Assembly: GCA_003971905.1 (NCBI GenBank)
Contig: RSEE01000013.1
Location: 434,001-498,000 of the forward strand
Direction: 5' to 3'
Length of the DNA: 64,000 nt
Source of the DNA: Moniliella sp. 'wahieum'
Taxonomy: Eukaryota
Part shown: one piece after another, positions 1 to 12,900 of the stretch
Layout of the letters: every line of letters begins with the position of its first letter
Position numbering within the stretch: the stretch's first letter is position 1
Translations under genes and position numbers: made by a program
Notes under the pieces: model-generated
What the model was told of the DNA's origin: nothing
The model's input: only the letters and a program-made list of their open reading frames with translations
Databases searched by the model: none

Positions 1-2293
1 ATTCGCAAGAACAACTCGGACTACTTTGAACAGAACTTGTTCCAATTTCTCCGCCAGACGATTATCGCTCACCAGCAAACCCTGGCCACCCGTCGATCAG
101 AACGTCCGGTACAGACGCCTTCTTGTGATTCATCTCCAGCGTTTCCTCCATACGCGGCTCCCTCGTCCAATCGGCCGATTCGGACGACTTATCGCCCGAG
201 GAGGTAATAGAAATGGACCAGGTGATGCGGCAGGCAGCTCAAGAGATGGGGATCGTGCACTTTGGACCTTTTGCGCTCCGTCTCATTGCGCCTCCATGAT
301 TTGCAGAGAATTGTGCTCCTTCCTCATCAGAGGGTGGGCCTGGAGGAAACCTCGTCTATGGAGGGCATGGGTGACCAAGCCGAGTCTACCTCTCCCACCG
401 GGGGGTGCTGACGATACCCTGCTCTTGAAGGCGAGTGCCACTAGCCTTTGACGATGGAGCGATACCGGGTGTGCGAACTTTACGCCGAGCTTCTGCACTG
501 CTCCAACATGGCTCTCCTCAACCGTCCCCCGGTTCCGGACCGCAGTATGATCCCATCACGGGTCTCTGCAGGGCGGCCTTGATGGGTTCCAGTCCTTGAC
601 CGATGCCCTCAACATGGCCCACTCTGACTCGGACGTTCAAATTGAGGAAGCGCCTTCAATGCTTCAAGAAGATAGTTTGACTTTCGTCGAGGCGACCACA
701 CCTCTGTGCGCACTACCAACCTAGCATCTCCCTCGTCTTCGGTTGCCCGAGGCACCTCCTTCTCGACAGATGGCCCATCATCTCCGAGAGTGGGAAGAAT
801 CGACGGTTTGGAACGACTGCCCCGCCGGGTACTGAAGAGACCAAACCAGTTTCGTATGAGGGGCTTATCTGGGACCACCGCCTAGCTCTCCGAGCACGGC
901 TCAAATCCATTTCGGTCCCTGTGCCCGACGGGTTGGTTGTTGGGGATTTGCTCAAGGAGCGCTTCATCTCCTGGGCGTGCCCAATACGCTTCTTGATCTC
1001 TTCTTCATTTACCCGTGGAACAATCTGCTACAACGTGGTATATGACGTCGTGCAGCAGTGCTTCAATACGCGTCTGACTGCCAGCCCGGTGGACCAGGAG
1101 GAGGGGGACCCCCCAAGCCCCTTGAGAACGAGCAGCCAGCATCCTCGAATGGGTTTGGCCATTTTGGCCCGGACCTGAGGCCTATTCCGCACGGACAGTA
1201 CAACCGTGCCCTGGCCTTGGAACTTTTAGGCAAAGCAGACCTTTGTGGGCTAATAGTCCACGGTCACAAGGTCAATGACATTTCTGAAGCGGGGCCCGCA
1301 GGATGCGGTTAGGCTTTATGGGGCATCTCAACCTGATCGCCGATGAAGTGGTCAAGGCGTTGCAAAAGTATCCACGTTCGCTGGGTGTGCCATTGAGGGA
1401 GGAATATGGCATCACCCGTCATTCTTCCGAGTGGCATTCTCTGGTGCAGAAGCTTCGTATGGCCCAAGGACCCGCAGAATTAGCCGGCCCATGTCCCACG
1501 GTCCCGGCTCAATGTCGAGTGACTTTGAGGAAGAGGAGCTGGAGCACTCATCCCAGGTCATTGGCTCCTTTGATGATTACGACGAAGCTGACGATGGCGT
1601 CGCATGGGCCGCTAATGTTCGTCGACAACATTCTGCCGCGACTGCTTGGCGTACCCGTCGCACGGAGGGTGAGGCCGATGGGGCAGAGGGGTACCGAGAC
1701 CCCTTCTCCGACCCCATGACCGCGGCAGACTGGGACGCCGAATTTCAACAAAAACGCAAGAACAAGATGAACGTAACGCTGCCTTCCAAAACCGTATTTC
1801 TTCCGATGGATCGACGAGCGAAAGCGAGGAGAGTCTGTCGGATGACACCTCGTCCGATTCGGATGAGGATGGCTATGCCCCGTTTGTCGACCTCCTAAAC
1901 CCTCGTGCCCGGGCCAGTGTCTTGCTCCGCCAACAGCGTCAATCGCACATGGCCCCTGAACCGGCTCCTCGTCCCCTCTCGCCCGTGGGCACCTCCCCAT
2001 CTTGATTCCTCGCCCCCACCGTCGTCGGTCGTCAGCGACCAGTTCGTCGGGTTCGAGTCTTGAGTTGGTGGGCTGATCCCCACTCCCCACTGGGGCCAGG
2101 GGTGGACCGCGAATCGACTGTGGATGTACGTGCGGGACCCCCTTGCCACCTGACCAAAGCTGATATTTTGTTACAGGACCACGGTGCTTTAGTCCGGACA
2201 TTCGACCAGGGTCTGGAGCCAAGACGAATCCAAGTCCCATTAGACGATGTGGCGCTCGCCTTGTCAGAAGCCCAACACATGGCCCTCTCCTGA
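1..2293 (+). CDS. SIT4 phosphatase-associated protein (SAPS / Sap155-185-190 family), 5' part outside the window, frameshifted
   Basis: Frame 1 starts IRKNNSDYFEQNLF. ERYRVCELYAELLHCSNMALLN reads at ~455-522 and RLGFMGHLNLIADEVVKAL at ~1306. An acidic low-complexity C-terminus follows. The 3' end is approximate. Confidence 0.85.
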
Positions 2294-2979
2294 AAGGTTG
2301 GCCCTGGGATGAAGCCGATGTGGCTCACCTCCTCAGAGGGCTTTTATCTATTTTCTCATGTTATCCTTCTGCTTCGCGTGGCGATCTAGGCGATACGCCG
2401 CTACCGTTCCTGGCGGCGGCCTGATCTCATCTTGATGCAGATCTGTCTGGGCTAGGCTTCAAAATGTACAGCGCCAGCTTTATGATAAGCGCGAGACCAA
2501 CAGTCGACGTCGACATATCACTTGGAGAGAAGGGGAAATTCCGCATGGGCTCTCAATCATTCCTTCTCGGTTGCCTCCCAGCTGCCCAAGTTGATATGTT
2601 CTGCGTCGAAAGTACAAGGACGGGGAGGCAACCAATGCCCCTTCCCACCAAGAAATAGGGGCCCGGAAGGCCACGAGGGGCATGTCGGAGATACTCAAGC
2701 GCGGAGGAGCAAGGCCGGGAGGGGGGCATGGGCGATAATTTTGTAGCAAAACTCAAAGCATGAGAGCTGCGTCGCCGGCATGGGCTCGAGACACTCCAAA
2801 ACCCATATACGCACAAGCCAGCACTACACCTACCCATCTACCCAGTGGAGGTAATGCCACTCGACTGGGGACTTCTGACAGAACCGATCTTCTAATCTGA
2901 ACCGGGTATACTAAACAGAAACAAGAGTATGACCATAACACATGGAATTTTCGGGAATGGAAAGGTAAGTGCAGTCCAC

Positions 2980-3784
2980 TTAAGCCTCGACGGGAGCAGC
3001 CGGCCGTACAGCCTCGGGAGCGATGGCGGCAGTTGGGGGCGCAAGGTAGGACACCGAAGAGGGCTGGGTAACCTCGACCTCGGCCTTGGGCTCGAGAATG
3101 GTGACGGCGTCGGGAAGGGGGAAAGGCTTGCCAGCGCGGCCAGTGGGGTCCCACGCATGCATGATCTTGACCTTGATGCCAAGCACACCCTGCTTCATCA
3201 GCACGTGGCGAACAGCAATGTCGACATAGTCCTTGTGGGGCTGGCCAGTGTGGATCATGAAGCCGTCAGTGAACTTCATCGCCTTGGCACGAGCGGCACG
3301 CAGCTTGCCCGAAACAATGACCTCGCAGCCCTTGGCGCCCGACTCCATCACGTAGCGGAGCACACCGTACGCAGCACGGCGCACGGCAAGACCGCCAAGC
3401 AGCTTGAAGCGGAGCGACTCGCATTGAGCCGTAGCGTGCAGGCCACGGTTCTCAATCTTTCGGCGTAGAGCTCGAGCGAGTTGTCCGGAAGCGGAAGCGC
3501 TTCTGGACGAGCGCGGTGAGCTCGCGAATGCGGCGGCCACGCTCACCGAGCACGAGCTGAGTGTGGGTGGCGGGATGATGATCTCAGTCGTAGCCTGGGT
3601 CACCCGGATCTCGCAGCCCGAGTAGCCCTCCTCCGAGAGCTCGCGGGTGAAGAACTCGTTGGTTCGGCGGCGAAAACGCCGTCAGCGACAAACTGAGGAA
3701 ACCCCCGGTCAGAATCAGCACCTCGCTTCGATATCGGGGAGGTATACACACCTTACGCGCCTTGGAGCCGACAACGTTGGGCAT
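2980..3784 (-). CDS. RPS3: 40S ribosomal protein S3 (uS3); one intron at 3751-3693; frameshifts in the 5' half
   Basis: [18 protein letters not shown] after splicing GTGTGT..GCTGAT..CAG. C-terminal half reads [62 protein letters not shown]...[10 protein letters not shown]. Confidence 0.98.
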
Positions 3785-3859
3785 ATGATGCTTGGTGAAG
3801 GGTGTGACACGATCGACTGCGTCGCTGAATCTGTGCTTGCCTAACGTCAACTACTGGTA

Positions 3860-3883
3860 GGTAGGGTTGGGAATAACCCTACC
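3860..3883. promoter_or_regulatory. Perfect 9-bp inverted repeat GGTAGGGTT-N6-AACCCTACC upstream of RPS3; Homol-E/telobox-like ribosomal-protein promoter element
   Basis: Arms at 3860-3868 and 3875-3883, about 75 bp upstream of the RPS3 ATG. Resembles the fission-yeast Homol E element (AGGGTAGGGT). Confidence 0.5.
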
Positions 3884-3884
3884 A

Positions 3885-4560
3885 TATCGTTGGCGCTTGC
3901 CGCAGCAGGGTAAGTTTTGCTTGCGATTGCAGTAGGCTGAACGTTTCATGTTTCAGCTGTCGCTTAAATTGGGATGCAAGCAAGCTCGCCTGACGAGTTT
4001 TTCCATCCACCACGACTAGCTGGTAAGTCTGCCACTCTGCACAGGCTGGGATGACAGGGCAGGAAAGATCGCGTCATCGCATCTAAGCGCCCACTTAACT
4101 GGCACCTCCACGTTGATTCAAGGCTTGCTTCCTTTCCAGGAGGCGGGCATTGATGCCGTTACTCTGGATTCTGAGCCGTCATTGCGTGCACACCTGATTA
4201 TGACGAAAGCGACTAACCTTATTGTTTTGTCATGCAGAATCCCATCTCTCCGCACGAGATCCACCTGTTTGTGTCAGCATTGCCAGTCCATTACACCCCT
4301 GTTGAGCCTTAAGAGCACTGTACCGGTCCTCCTTACCCTTTGTTGCCTCGGGCAAGGATTGGGTAAGGGTCAAGGACGGCGGCCACCCCACCTTGGTGAG
4401 GGTGGCCGTAAAAGACGGTCAGCACTTGTGTCATACTCAACAAGACGAACGTCCGTCTGGATTTGCTTGCCCTTGTGGCGGCGCTCTGGGCCCACGTGAT
4501 TTTGCTCTTGAGCTGGTCAACTCATGGGCCTGGGCGCCTGTGCAAGTCCTTCGGCACATT
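3885..4560 (+). ncRNA. Putative spliced non-coding snoRNA host transcript, divergent from RPS3 (ends uncertain)
   Basis: Two canonical introns: 3910-3956 (GTAAGT..GCTGAAC..TTTCAG) and 4023-4237 (GTAAGT..GACTAAC..TGCAG). The exons give no recognisable protein. Confidence 0.55.
4044..4177 (+). ncRNA. Candidate intronic box C/D snoRNA, family not identified
   Basis: Terminal GGCT/AGCC complementarity, box C-like GGGATGA (4048-4054), box D CTGA (4171-4174), internal 11-bp hairpin (4123-4148). Lies ~35 nt upstream of the branch point in an oversized intron. Confidence 0.55.
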
Positions 4561-4985
4561 TCATCGATGAATTTGCTGTACATTACTTTGAAGATACAAA
4601 CAGTAGCAGTAGGTGTAAAGGTGACGCCCTCGAGACGTAGCATGAAGTAGGAAGATCTTGTGTGGCTCCTCCCGGCCTGATGCATGATGCATGATGGATG
4701 GTGGGGCCGCTGAGGCTCCAGCCTGTAACCTTCTGGAGCTCTTGTGGGTGCGGCAACTCAAGCAGATACCAAATGGGGACAACGGCAGGGTTACGTAAGC
4801 GGCGCCGTTGCCTTGGCTTTTCGGCGCCCTGGCCCGCCTGGCCAGCCCGATTGGGTCGAAAGCGGTGGCGCGCTAGCCGCGAGCAGCTCAGAATTCGATC
4901 AACGTATCGACACGTGCCTGCCAGGTGCGCAAGAGAGAGGCTTCCGCCTGCGTCCGCTCTGTCCTTTTCCAGCGTCCCCCCCTCC

Positions 4986-6561
4986 ATGTCGGCCAAGCCT
5001 AAAGGCGTGGGCGTTAAGCCGCGTCCTGGCCCCCAGCGCTCGACCAAGGCGCTCGGAAAACTCAAGATCTTGCCTGATGGAGCGGACGTTTCCGACAGCT
5101 CGCAGCCGCAGCCCCAACTCCGCGACACTAACCTGTCGCCCGACGATGATAGCAGCGACGACCAGGACGACAATGACGACTGTCAGAGCAGCAGGCCTTC
5201 CTCGATCGCATCCCAGAGGGTTCCATGCGTCGCGATGCCCGCCGCCTGACTCGCAAGGCCCGAGCGGAGCTCCCTCGTGTTACTGCTTATTCCACGGCAA
5301 CCTCCTATCGCATGAACGATCTTGTTTCCTGGCTCACGCGCGCAAGACGACCCACCAGACCAACCCGATGACATTCGACGAGTGTGTCTATTCCACCTAC
5401 ACGTACAAATATGCAAGATCTCATTGTGGGTGCCAATAAGCCTCATCCCCACGCTGCACCCATGCCCAGTTTGGATGACCGTCAGCCACCCCGGCGTCCT
5501 CGTCCACCTCCCCGGCCTCCACGCACTGGCGATCTTCTGGGAATCCCAGAACTAAGCGAGGAAGCTGAGGCGGAGGCGGAGGCGGAAGCGGAAATGGAAG
5601 CTGACTTGGCGAACGAAATGAGCAAGTTCCGCAGTGGTCATGCGACCGATTCGGCTACCGAGAGTGGAACAGAACACGAGGCAAATGGCCTCGGCAATGG
5701 GCAGGCACGCGCTCTTGCGATGGCTAAGGCATCACAACAGGCCATCAAACAGGTGACGAGGAAGCGGGAGACCGTTTGGAACATGCGCGGCGCCGTCGCC
5801 GCGAGCGTTTCGCGGTCGACAACCATGTCCCCGAGGTCTTTTTTATGGAGTATGGAGCGGTGGTCATTTGGGGTATGACAGAGCAAGAGGAACATCGCTT
5901 GCTTCGGGAAATCCGGCGGTTTGAGGTGGAGCGTGCGGCACCAGATGACATTGAGTCGGAGGACCTGAACTGGTACTTGGCCGACTACTCCCGCATCTAC
6001 AATGATGTGATTACGCTGCGCAAGGGCAGCGGTATATGACCAACTTTCCTCTCGCATGCTCTGGCCCAGTCGACCAAGATCTCGTTTTTTGAGGGGGTGA
6101 TCGATAACACAATCGACTCAACCAAGGACATTCCTCAATCAATCGCGGAGAGTGGTACGATTGGACTGCCACCGAAGGACATTATGAAGCAGATCGGTCA
6201 TCTGTTCATCCTGCGTATGAATCTTCACCTTGTCGGCTCCATTGTCGACTCTCCCGAATCTTTTGGTCACAGCCGACTTGGAACCACTCTACTCGGCGGC
6301 TCGCTCCTACCTTGAATTCCCCAGCGAATCGACCTGCTCAACACGCGCGTGGAGGTGCTGCAAGACATGCTTCAATGCTGAAAGACCAGGTCAGCACAGT
6401 TCATTCGGAATGGCTGGAAATCATTGTCATTGTGCTCATTACCGGGGAGATTGTGCTTGGTTGCGCAACTAGTACGTTGATTCCTTTGTAATTGTTGCCG
6501 GTTCCGGATCCTGACCTCTTCCATGGCTCTTACAGTGTTCGTTGACCTATACTTTGAGTAA
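4986..6561 (+). CDS. RMD1: Rmd1/Sif2-like DUF155 protein; frameshifted; probable intron ~6472-6535
   Basis: PQRSTKALGKLKILP; VPEVFFMEYGAVVIWGMTEQEE; SRIYNDVITLR; SHALAQSTKISFFEGVIDNTI; IGHLFILRMNLHLVGSIVDSPE; C-terminal LEIIVIVLI transmembrane segment. Confidence 0.9.
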
Positions 6562-9012
6562 AGCAAGAGGCGAGTTATTACTTTCTGCTGTATACCTATC
6601 ACTTATCCCCCCCTACTCGCTTCTTGCCACATTTGACTTGTAAGCCGTGCATTTCGTGCCGGGCCCCGAAAGCGAGTTATGATGCTGGGCTCTGGCGCGA
6701 CTCTGTACCGGAAACAGGCGGCTGCGATGGGGGGCATCTCATTTCCAAACATCGACCTCTGGATGTGTTCGATCACTGTTGCCTTCGGGCGAAGAGTATA
6801 GGGAACTCTAGCGTGCGGCCATCGGCTGCTCGAGAGAGGATTCAGTTCGTATAGCCACTGGAGCCACTTGAGAAAATAGACGTGCATCAAATACCGCGGC
6901 GGCAACCGGAGCATAATGCCTGCGCCAACCCGCTCGATCGAGAACGATGCCGGTACAGCTGCCCCCTCCCACAAGTACCGCACATGAGGATGTTTTTCCT
7001 CTTCTCCCTCCTTCTTTGTTTCTTTATGCCCTGGCTATTTTCACGGTACAAAACCGGTCCTGCTGCAGATCAAGGTCCCAGAAATGCGCCTCCAGACGGA
7101 AGTGTAGGCGGCTGCAGGTGCGTGTCATGTAATTGCATATGGACACAGTCCTAATGTGCTGGTGCATCCTTTCCCATTTCCCAGCTTCTAATCATGAGGG
7201 GGTGCATGCAAGCTTGCATCCGAACCACCACCCCAGCGTCACAACATGGCGCATCCCTCTGCCTCCCCCGCCCCTCGCCGGCATCCGAGCCAGGTGGCGA
7301 ACACTGCCTCCCCGTCCCCTGGAGCCAACTCTTTCAGGGTGAGGAAGTCGCCATTGGCTTCGCCCTCAGCGGCCGCCTCCCATGTTGGTTCTGGCCAGCC
7401 TCATGATCCTGCATCTGCGTTGCACCAACAACCCACCCTCCCAGGGCGAAGCGAGCTCCTGCAATCGCTTTGCACTTGCTTTTTAACTTTCGACGACCCC
7501 AACGGCAGGAGGATGCCCATGCGATTCAAGCTGAAATGTATGCCTGCGGTGGAACAGCAACTCTCCCAGCAGTATCTTCATACGCGCCCTTCATTATGCT
7601 CCCGCTCTCTTGGGGCTCCAGAGCTATGCGTAAGACACTGACTCCCAATCATATGCAGGGAAAAGGAGCAGGCGACGGAATGGGACCACGTCGAAAAGGA
7701 AAGGGCTGAGGGTAGGTTTTTGGCATACGTTAATGCCCACGGCGCACTGTGGGACCCTTGGCTAACATCGCGTCGTCATATATGTGGCCGTTACCAGTTC
7801 CTCCGCAGGAGAAAGGCAGGAGATTGTCCTCATATGGAGGCTTACCCGAGGATGCAGTTGTCTCGGTGCCCGCAGAGATGGTTGTGGGGCTGGATACGTC
7901 ACGCTATTCGGTTTTGTCCAGTCAGCTCATCCGATGCCTCACGTAGAGATACCCCTTTGTTCAATGTGTCTCCCCGGCTTGATTTGGCGGGGCGTACCAC
8001 ACCACCCAAGCCATCCTCTGAGCGCAACTCGGCATCTACTGTTCTCACCTCACTTGCAGCTCTACCAAGCCCCGCCCCCCTCTCTCTCATGACTGTTTGG
8101 AGGCCCGGCCTACCTGTTGCGTCACTTCAAGGTAACCACCAGATCAACAAAGTGCATTCGAAGGGAAAGGGTGTCGATGCTGCTGTGTCTCATCCCCACC
8201 ATTGTCTTCTCAGTCCTCGACTGTCGAAACAGTTCAGGGAGGGGACACGCCACCGTCCATCATCAATGACCGAAGTGAAGAACTTAACTAGTACCTCAAC
8301 ACTCTCGCACTTCTTTCCCGTTGTGTGGTGCCCCCCCTTGTTGCAAGGATACCCGCCGCAAGAGTTTTCTACGAAAAAGAGAACACGCCACTCATCCTTG
8401 CCGGCACGGTTGTACGCAGAGGGAGAGGGGGTAATAGCCCCTCAGAACCAGTCCGATGCCTTTCCACTCAATCGCCTTCGGTCCCAAGCAATGTTAACAT
8501 CTGCCGAGGGAGGGATGGAGTACTTCTGTTGGGCTCATACCATCCGACCATCGTGCAGACCGGCGTGGTGCTGATTCCCAACTTTCTCGTAAGGCCAGCA
8601 CAGCGGAATCTCACCCATCCTCGTTTCCGAAGTGGTGGTTATCCCCTCTTCCTCTTCACCTCCACCTATGCCAGACCCTTGCCAGGCCGGTGTGTTGAAG
8701 CCGATGCATTTATATCAAGACCGAAACCGACGATGAACTGTTGCTCCCAGACTACCTCCCACCCTCTTTTGCACGCTTCTCTCTTGCTACCACTACAAGG
8801 ATCAATACCAGACCTGCAATTTCCCACTAATGTCCATTTATTGATGAGGGCATGGCCATTGGGACCAGCCAAGCCTCCATATACGTGTCGTCACCTGTCA
8901 TTGAATCGTGGTAAACAGCGTCCATTTTGCGCTCGGGAGGTGGTGAATGTATATATATAGCTGTGTGCTCTTGTCGTTGGGTCCGCACCGCTTTTGCCAT
9001 GTAGATGTGGCA

Positions 9013-9560
9013 TCAAGAGCTCGCCGGCTTGATCGTGAAGCGGGGGCTCTCGTTGCCGGAAGTCCCATCAGGTTGATAATGTAATCATCACGCTCTTTCA
9101 GGTCTGTAGGCAGAGTGACGGTAAAGTGGCCCTGGGTGTATGGCACTTTGGGTTGACCAGTTGCATCCCACAGGAGCCAGTTCAGGTTCTCTCCGCCCGA
9201 ATCGTCGTCCAACTGATAGCCCAATTTGATGGAGGCAACCGACATGTTTTGGGCTGCAGGCGGGATGTTGTCCGTCCCTGGGGAATCCCACAAGAAAAGC
9301 AGACATCGTCAGCATCTCTCATGGAAGCACAGCTGGAGAGAGAGAGATAGACAGAGATGGGGATATTTGACGTACCACTCCAGGTAGGGGCTTGCCAGCA
9401 TACGCCACCTGGCCCGCGTGCGGGGTGGTAACGGTGGGATCCCAGGAGATGCGCTTAACCATGTCGACGGAGGGCTTCATGGGCATTGCCGAAACGAGGG
9501 TGCTACCCAGGACAAGAACACTGCTAGAGTAGCGGCTGTGAGTTTGGAGGCGGCGAGCAT
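9013..9560 (-). CDS. Small secreted protein of a fungal family of unknown function; one intron ~9295-9374
   Basis: Signal-peptide-like MLAASKLTAATLAVFL, then KR-ISWDPTVTTP, WDSPG, GENLNWLL, VTLPTDLKERDDYIINLMG, and SGNESPRFTIK before TGA at 9015-9013. Confidence 0.7.
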
Positions 9561-9992
9561 GGTGTGGGCTTTGGCAAATATATCGAAGTGGTGGCAGGTG
9601 AGATAGGCGTCGGTAGGAAGGTTGTAGGACGGATGGGGTGGTGGTGGTGGGGGTGGTACGAGAGGGGGGGGGGGGGGGGGTCTTTTTATGCCCCCCACCC
9701 ACGCCGGAGCTCGAGGGATCGGGGGCTCTGCTGGTGGTTTCGCAGGGTCTGCATGGCCAGGGGTTATTCATCGCATATACTATTCTGAAGCGGTATATAT
9801 GTGCACCCCGGAGTTCCGGCGTGAACTGGTGCGTGCCCTTGGTGGTCGTCGCATGCGAGCAACAAAAGTCGGGGCCATGTCCTTCTGGCCACTGCACCCC
9901 ACGCTACCTCCTCATCCTACCTTGTTCCATCCCTGTCCTCGCCAAGCCGGGCAAGCGTGCTTTCATCAAAAGGTTCGGGCCAAGGGGAAGAG

Positions 9993-12900
9993 CTAGGTCA
10001 TGGCCAACTTGGAGTAGCTGGGCGGTGCCAACCGGCGCTTGATCGCCTTGATCGCGTACAGAGGGAAGGAGCTAATGGCAACGATCAAAGACACCTTCCA
10101 CAGGAACTGAAGGGTGAGGACGAAGCGCAAGTCGAAGAACTCGGGGAGGAATACAATGCTGATGCAGTAGAGCATGATTGTCGCAACCTCGGAAATCAGC
10201 ATGTAAAGGTGCCTGCCGAAGGGAAAGCATTCAGTTAGCATCCAAGGCGTGCCGTCAAGCAAGACGAGAGAAACGAACCAAGTAATTTCCACCAGCGCAA
10301 CCATGATGAGCTCGTTGAACACGAGCGCTGTGAAAAAATGGAGACAATGTTAAGGAACTCATTCTCAAACAATGCCAAGGAGGCGATCATGATGGCGCCG
10401 CCTTGGTAGATGGATATCATGAGCCACTCGGTGAACGTTTTGCTGGACAGAGACCGGCCCTTGGTCAAATCTTTGTACAGCTCGGGGTACATGAGTGACA
10501 TGTCCTCGCTCACATCCCGATCGAGCACAAGGGAGAAGACAGGTGCCATGGTGTAAATCGTAGCGTAGCCACCATTAGCCAGCCTTGGTAAAGCGCAATG
10601 GGGGCAAAGTAGAATATGGCACTGAAGACGGCTTGCATGACACTGATATCACCCTCGGTGAATGACAAACTGGGCGAGCTTGGAGCTGCGCTTATACGAG
10701 TTGCGCCCGTGCCAGACCAACAAGCGGGTGAGGTGGGAAAACTGGGTAAGGCTAAAATCGGCCGCTAAAGAGGCTTGCTTGCCTTCCTTGCCCACAATGC
10801 CCAGCCCCACATTGGCCGCCTGGATCATGGCCACATCGTTCCCACCATCGCCAATGCAACAGACCCGCTTCTGGGTAAAGTCCTTGATTAGACGCGCCAC
10901 GTCGGCTTTTTGCTGGGGACTACACCGGCATGCAACCACAGCACTGAGCTGAGTCGCCACCTCGATGAACTCGGTCGCCAACTGCGGGTGCTGGGGGGAG
11001 AGGAGCTGGTGTAAGCTATCGCCATCAATGACGAGGCAGCAATCCAGCTTGGTTCGAAGAATGGACAGAGCATCACGAGCGCCTGGGGTGGGAAGCTTTT
11101 GAACAGTGTGGATGTACTGATTACGTGCCACCAGGCGAGAGCTGATAGCAATACAAGTCGCCGTCTCGATCTTGTCACCAGTCAGCATCCAAATTTTGAT
11201 TCCACCATTGCGAAGGAGCTCGAGGTGGCCTTGACCCCCCCTGTAACTTATCCTCCACTCCTGTAAGGCCCAAGAGCTCCAGCTGATACTCCAGGTGCTG
11301 GGACACCACAGCAGCCATCGCCTCGTTGCGATCTTCGAGCTGCAATCGGGCTTGCTTGTAAGCAATTCAAACGATGCCCATGCTTCAGCACTAAGTTTCT
11401 TGCGACCGATAACTAGTGTGCGCAGACCGTCTCGGGCCATGTTTCCCGTCTCCTCATCCAGCCAATCGTTCTCCGCTACAATCTTGGTCATGACAACGTC
11501 GGCTCCTTCTGATAGAACGTCACTTCGCCCGAGCGCTCATCACGAATGACAATCCCATGCGTTTGCTCTCACTGCTGAAGGGGAATTTCGAGAATGCGGA
11601 AGCGGTAAAGCTGCCCGTTGCTGGCGGCCCGGAGTGCAAACTCGTCCGGTCACGGTACACCAGCGTGAGACCAATCTCGGTCCAGCGCACAATGGCCACC
11701 TCGTCTGGGGACGAAGCTTGGTACGTAATCTGGGGTTGTCCTCCCCTCTCCTCCTCCTTCCTCATCGTCCTCGATCACCGGTGTAACATTGTGGCAGAGA
11801 GCCAGGGCCAATGCAATGTCCTTGACACGCTGGCTCATATCGCGTCGGGCACGGGCACATAGTGCTGTCCTCCAGAGACAGAGCGATCTTGTTGTTTCTG
11901 GGCTGCCTTATTGCTCTTGCCTGGCCCGGCAGGTGCCTCGTCGAGTGCAAGAGCTTGCGCCAGTTGCGCAGCCACCTCATCAAACGCATCAAACCCATAA
12001 CTCATGTACCCAGGTGGAGCTTGCGTAACTCCATCTCGTTTTGAGTCAAGGTTCCTGTTTTGTCCGAAAGAAGATATTCGATCCTCCCCAACTCTCGGGT
12101 AAAGTGCTGGTTCGCACCACCGTCCCAGGAATGTCTGGGTCCGACATGATCTGTCGTGCATAGACCGTCTTGCCCATATCCAAGTTAACGCGGAGGGAGA
12201 TGGGAATGATACTGCTAAAGAGGATCAGGAAACGGAAAATATAGACCCCCACTCGCCCCGGAACCCATTGAAGGCAACCAAGGAAACGGAGAGGTAAATG
12301 TAACGCAAGCTAGGATTTTAGACAAGCGGTTGATCTCCAAGTCCAGCAGGCCCACTTTGGTTTCGGGATGGGACGTATTCATCACCGCTCGAGTTTCGCT
12401 ACCGTGTAGACGACCATACCGACCACACTGCCAGCCGCAAGGACCGTATTGGACCAGAGCATATTTTCCGCCGTCAGAGGCACCATCAGAGGATGAGGAC
12501 TCATGGCGATTGCGGACAGGGCGTTCGGCACCGGCTTGGCGCCCGGAGCTGTAGCCTCAATGTCCTCGCTAGCCGGCGTCCGAGCAAATCACTAGCCGAA
12601 GGATGCCTCGTTTCTACATGCGGGGCTGAACGGGGGAACTGGACAGAACCCGAATCACTCGTGTCGAGATCAGGATGGAGAGTAAAGTTGCCCACAAAGG
12701 TGTGAATGTCCTTGATGGGGGGCCGGCATAAAGGGAGGCGCGATCGGTAAGGGAAACGAGTTCATCATTGGTCATGCTTTGAGTGCACTCGACCGCCACA
12801 CGAAGTTTCCAATCCGTCTCGCCGTCCAGCTGGTCGGTGCGGATAAAGCACGTGCCTCCATCGGTACCATCATTCCCACTCTGCTCGACGCGTTCTCATG

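Noticed and set aside
9664..9680. Poly-G/poly-C runs (also ~21095, 29537, 42657)
   Set aside because: Simple homopolymers whose lengths are unreliable in this assembly.
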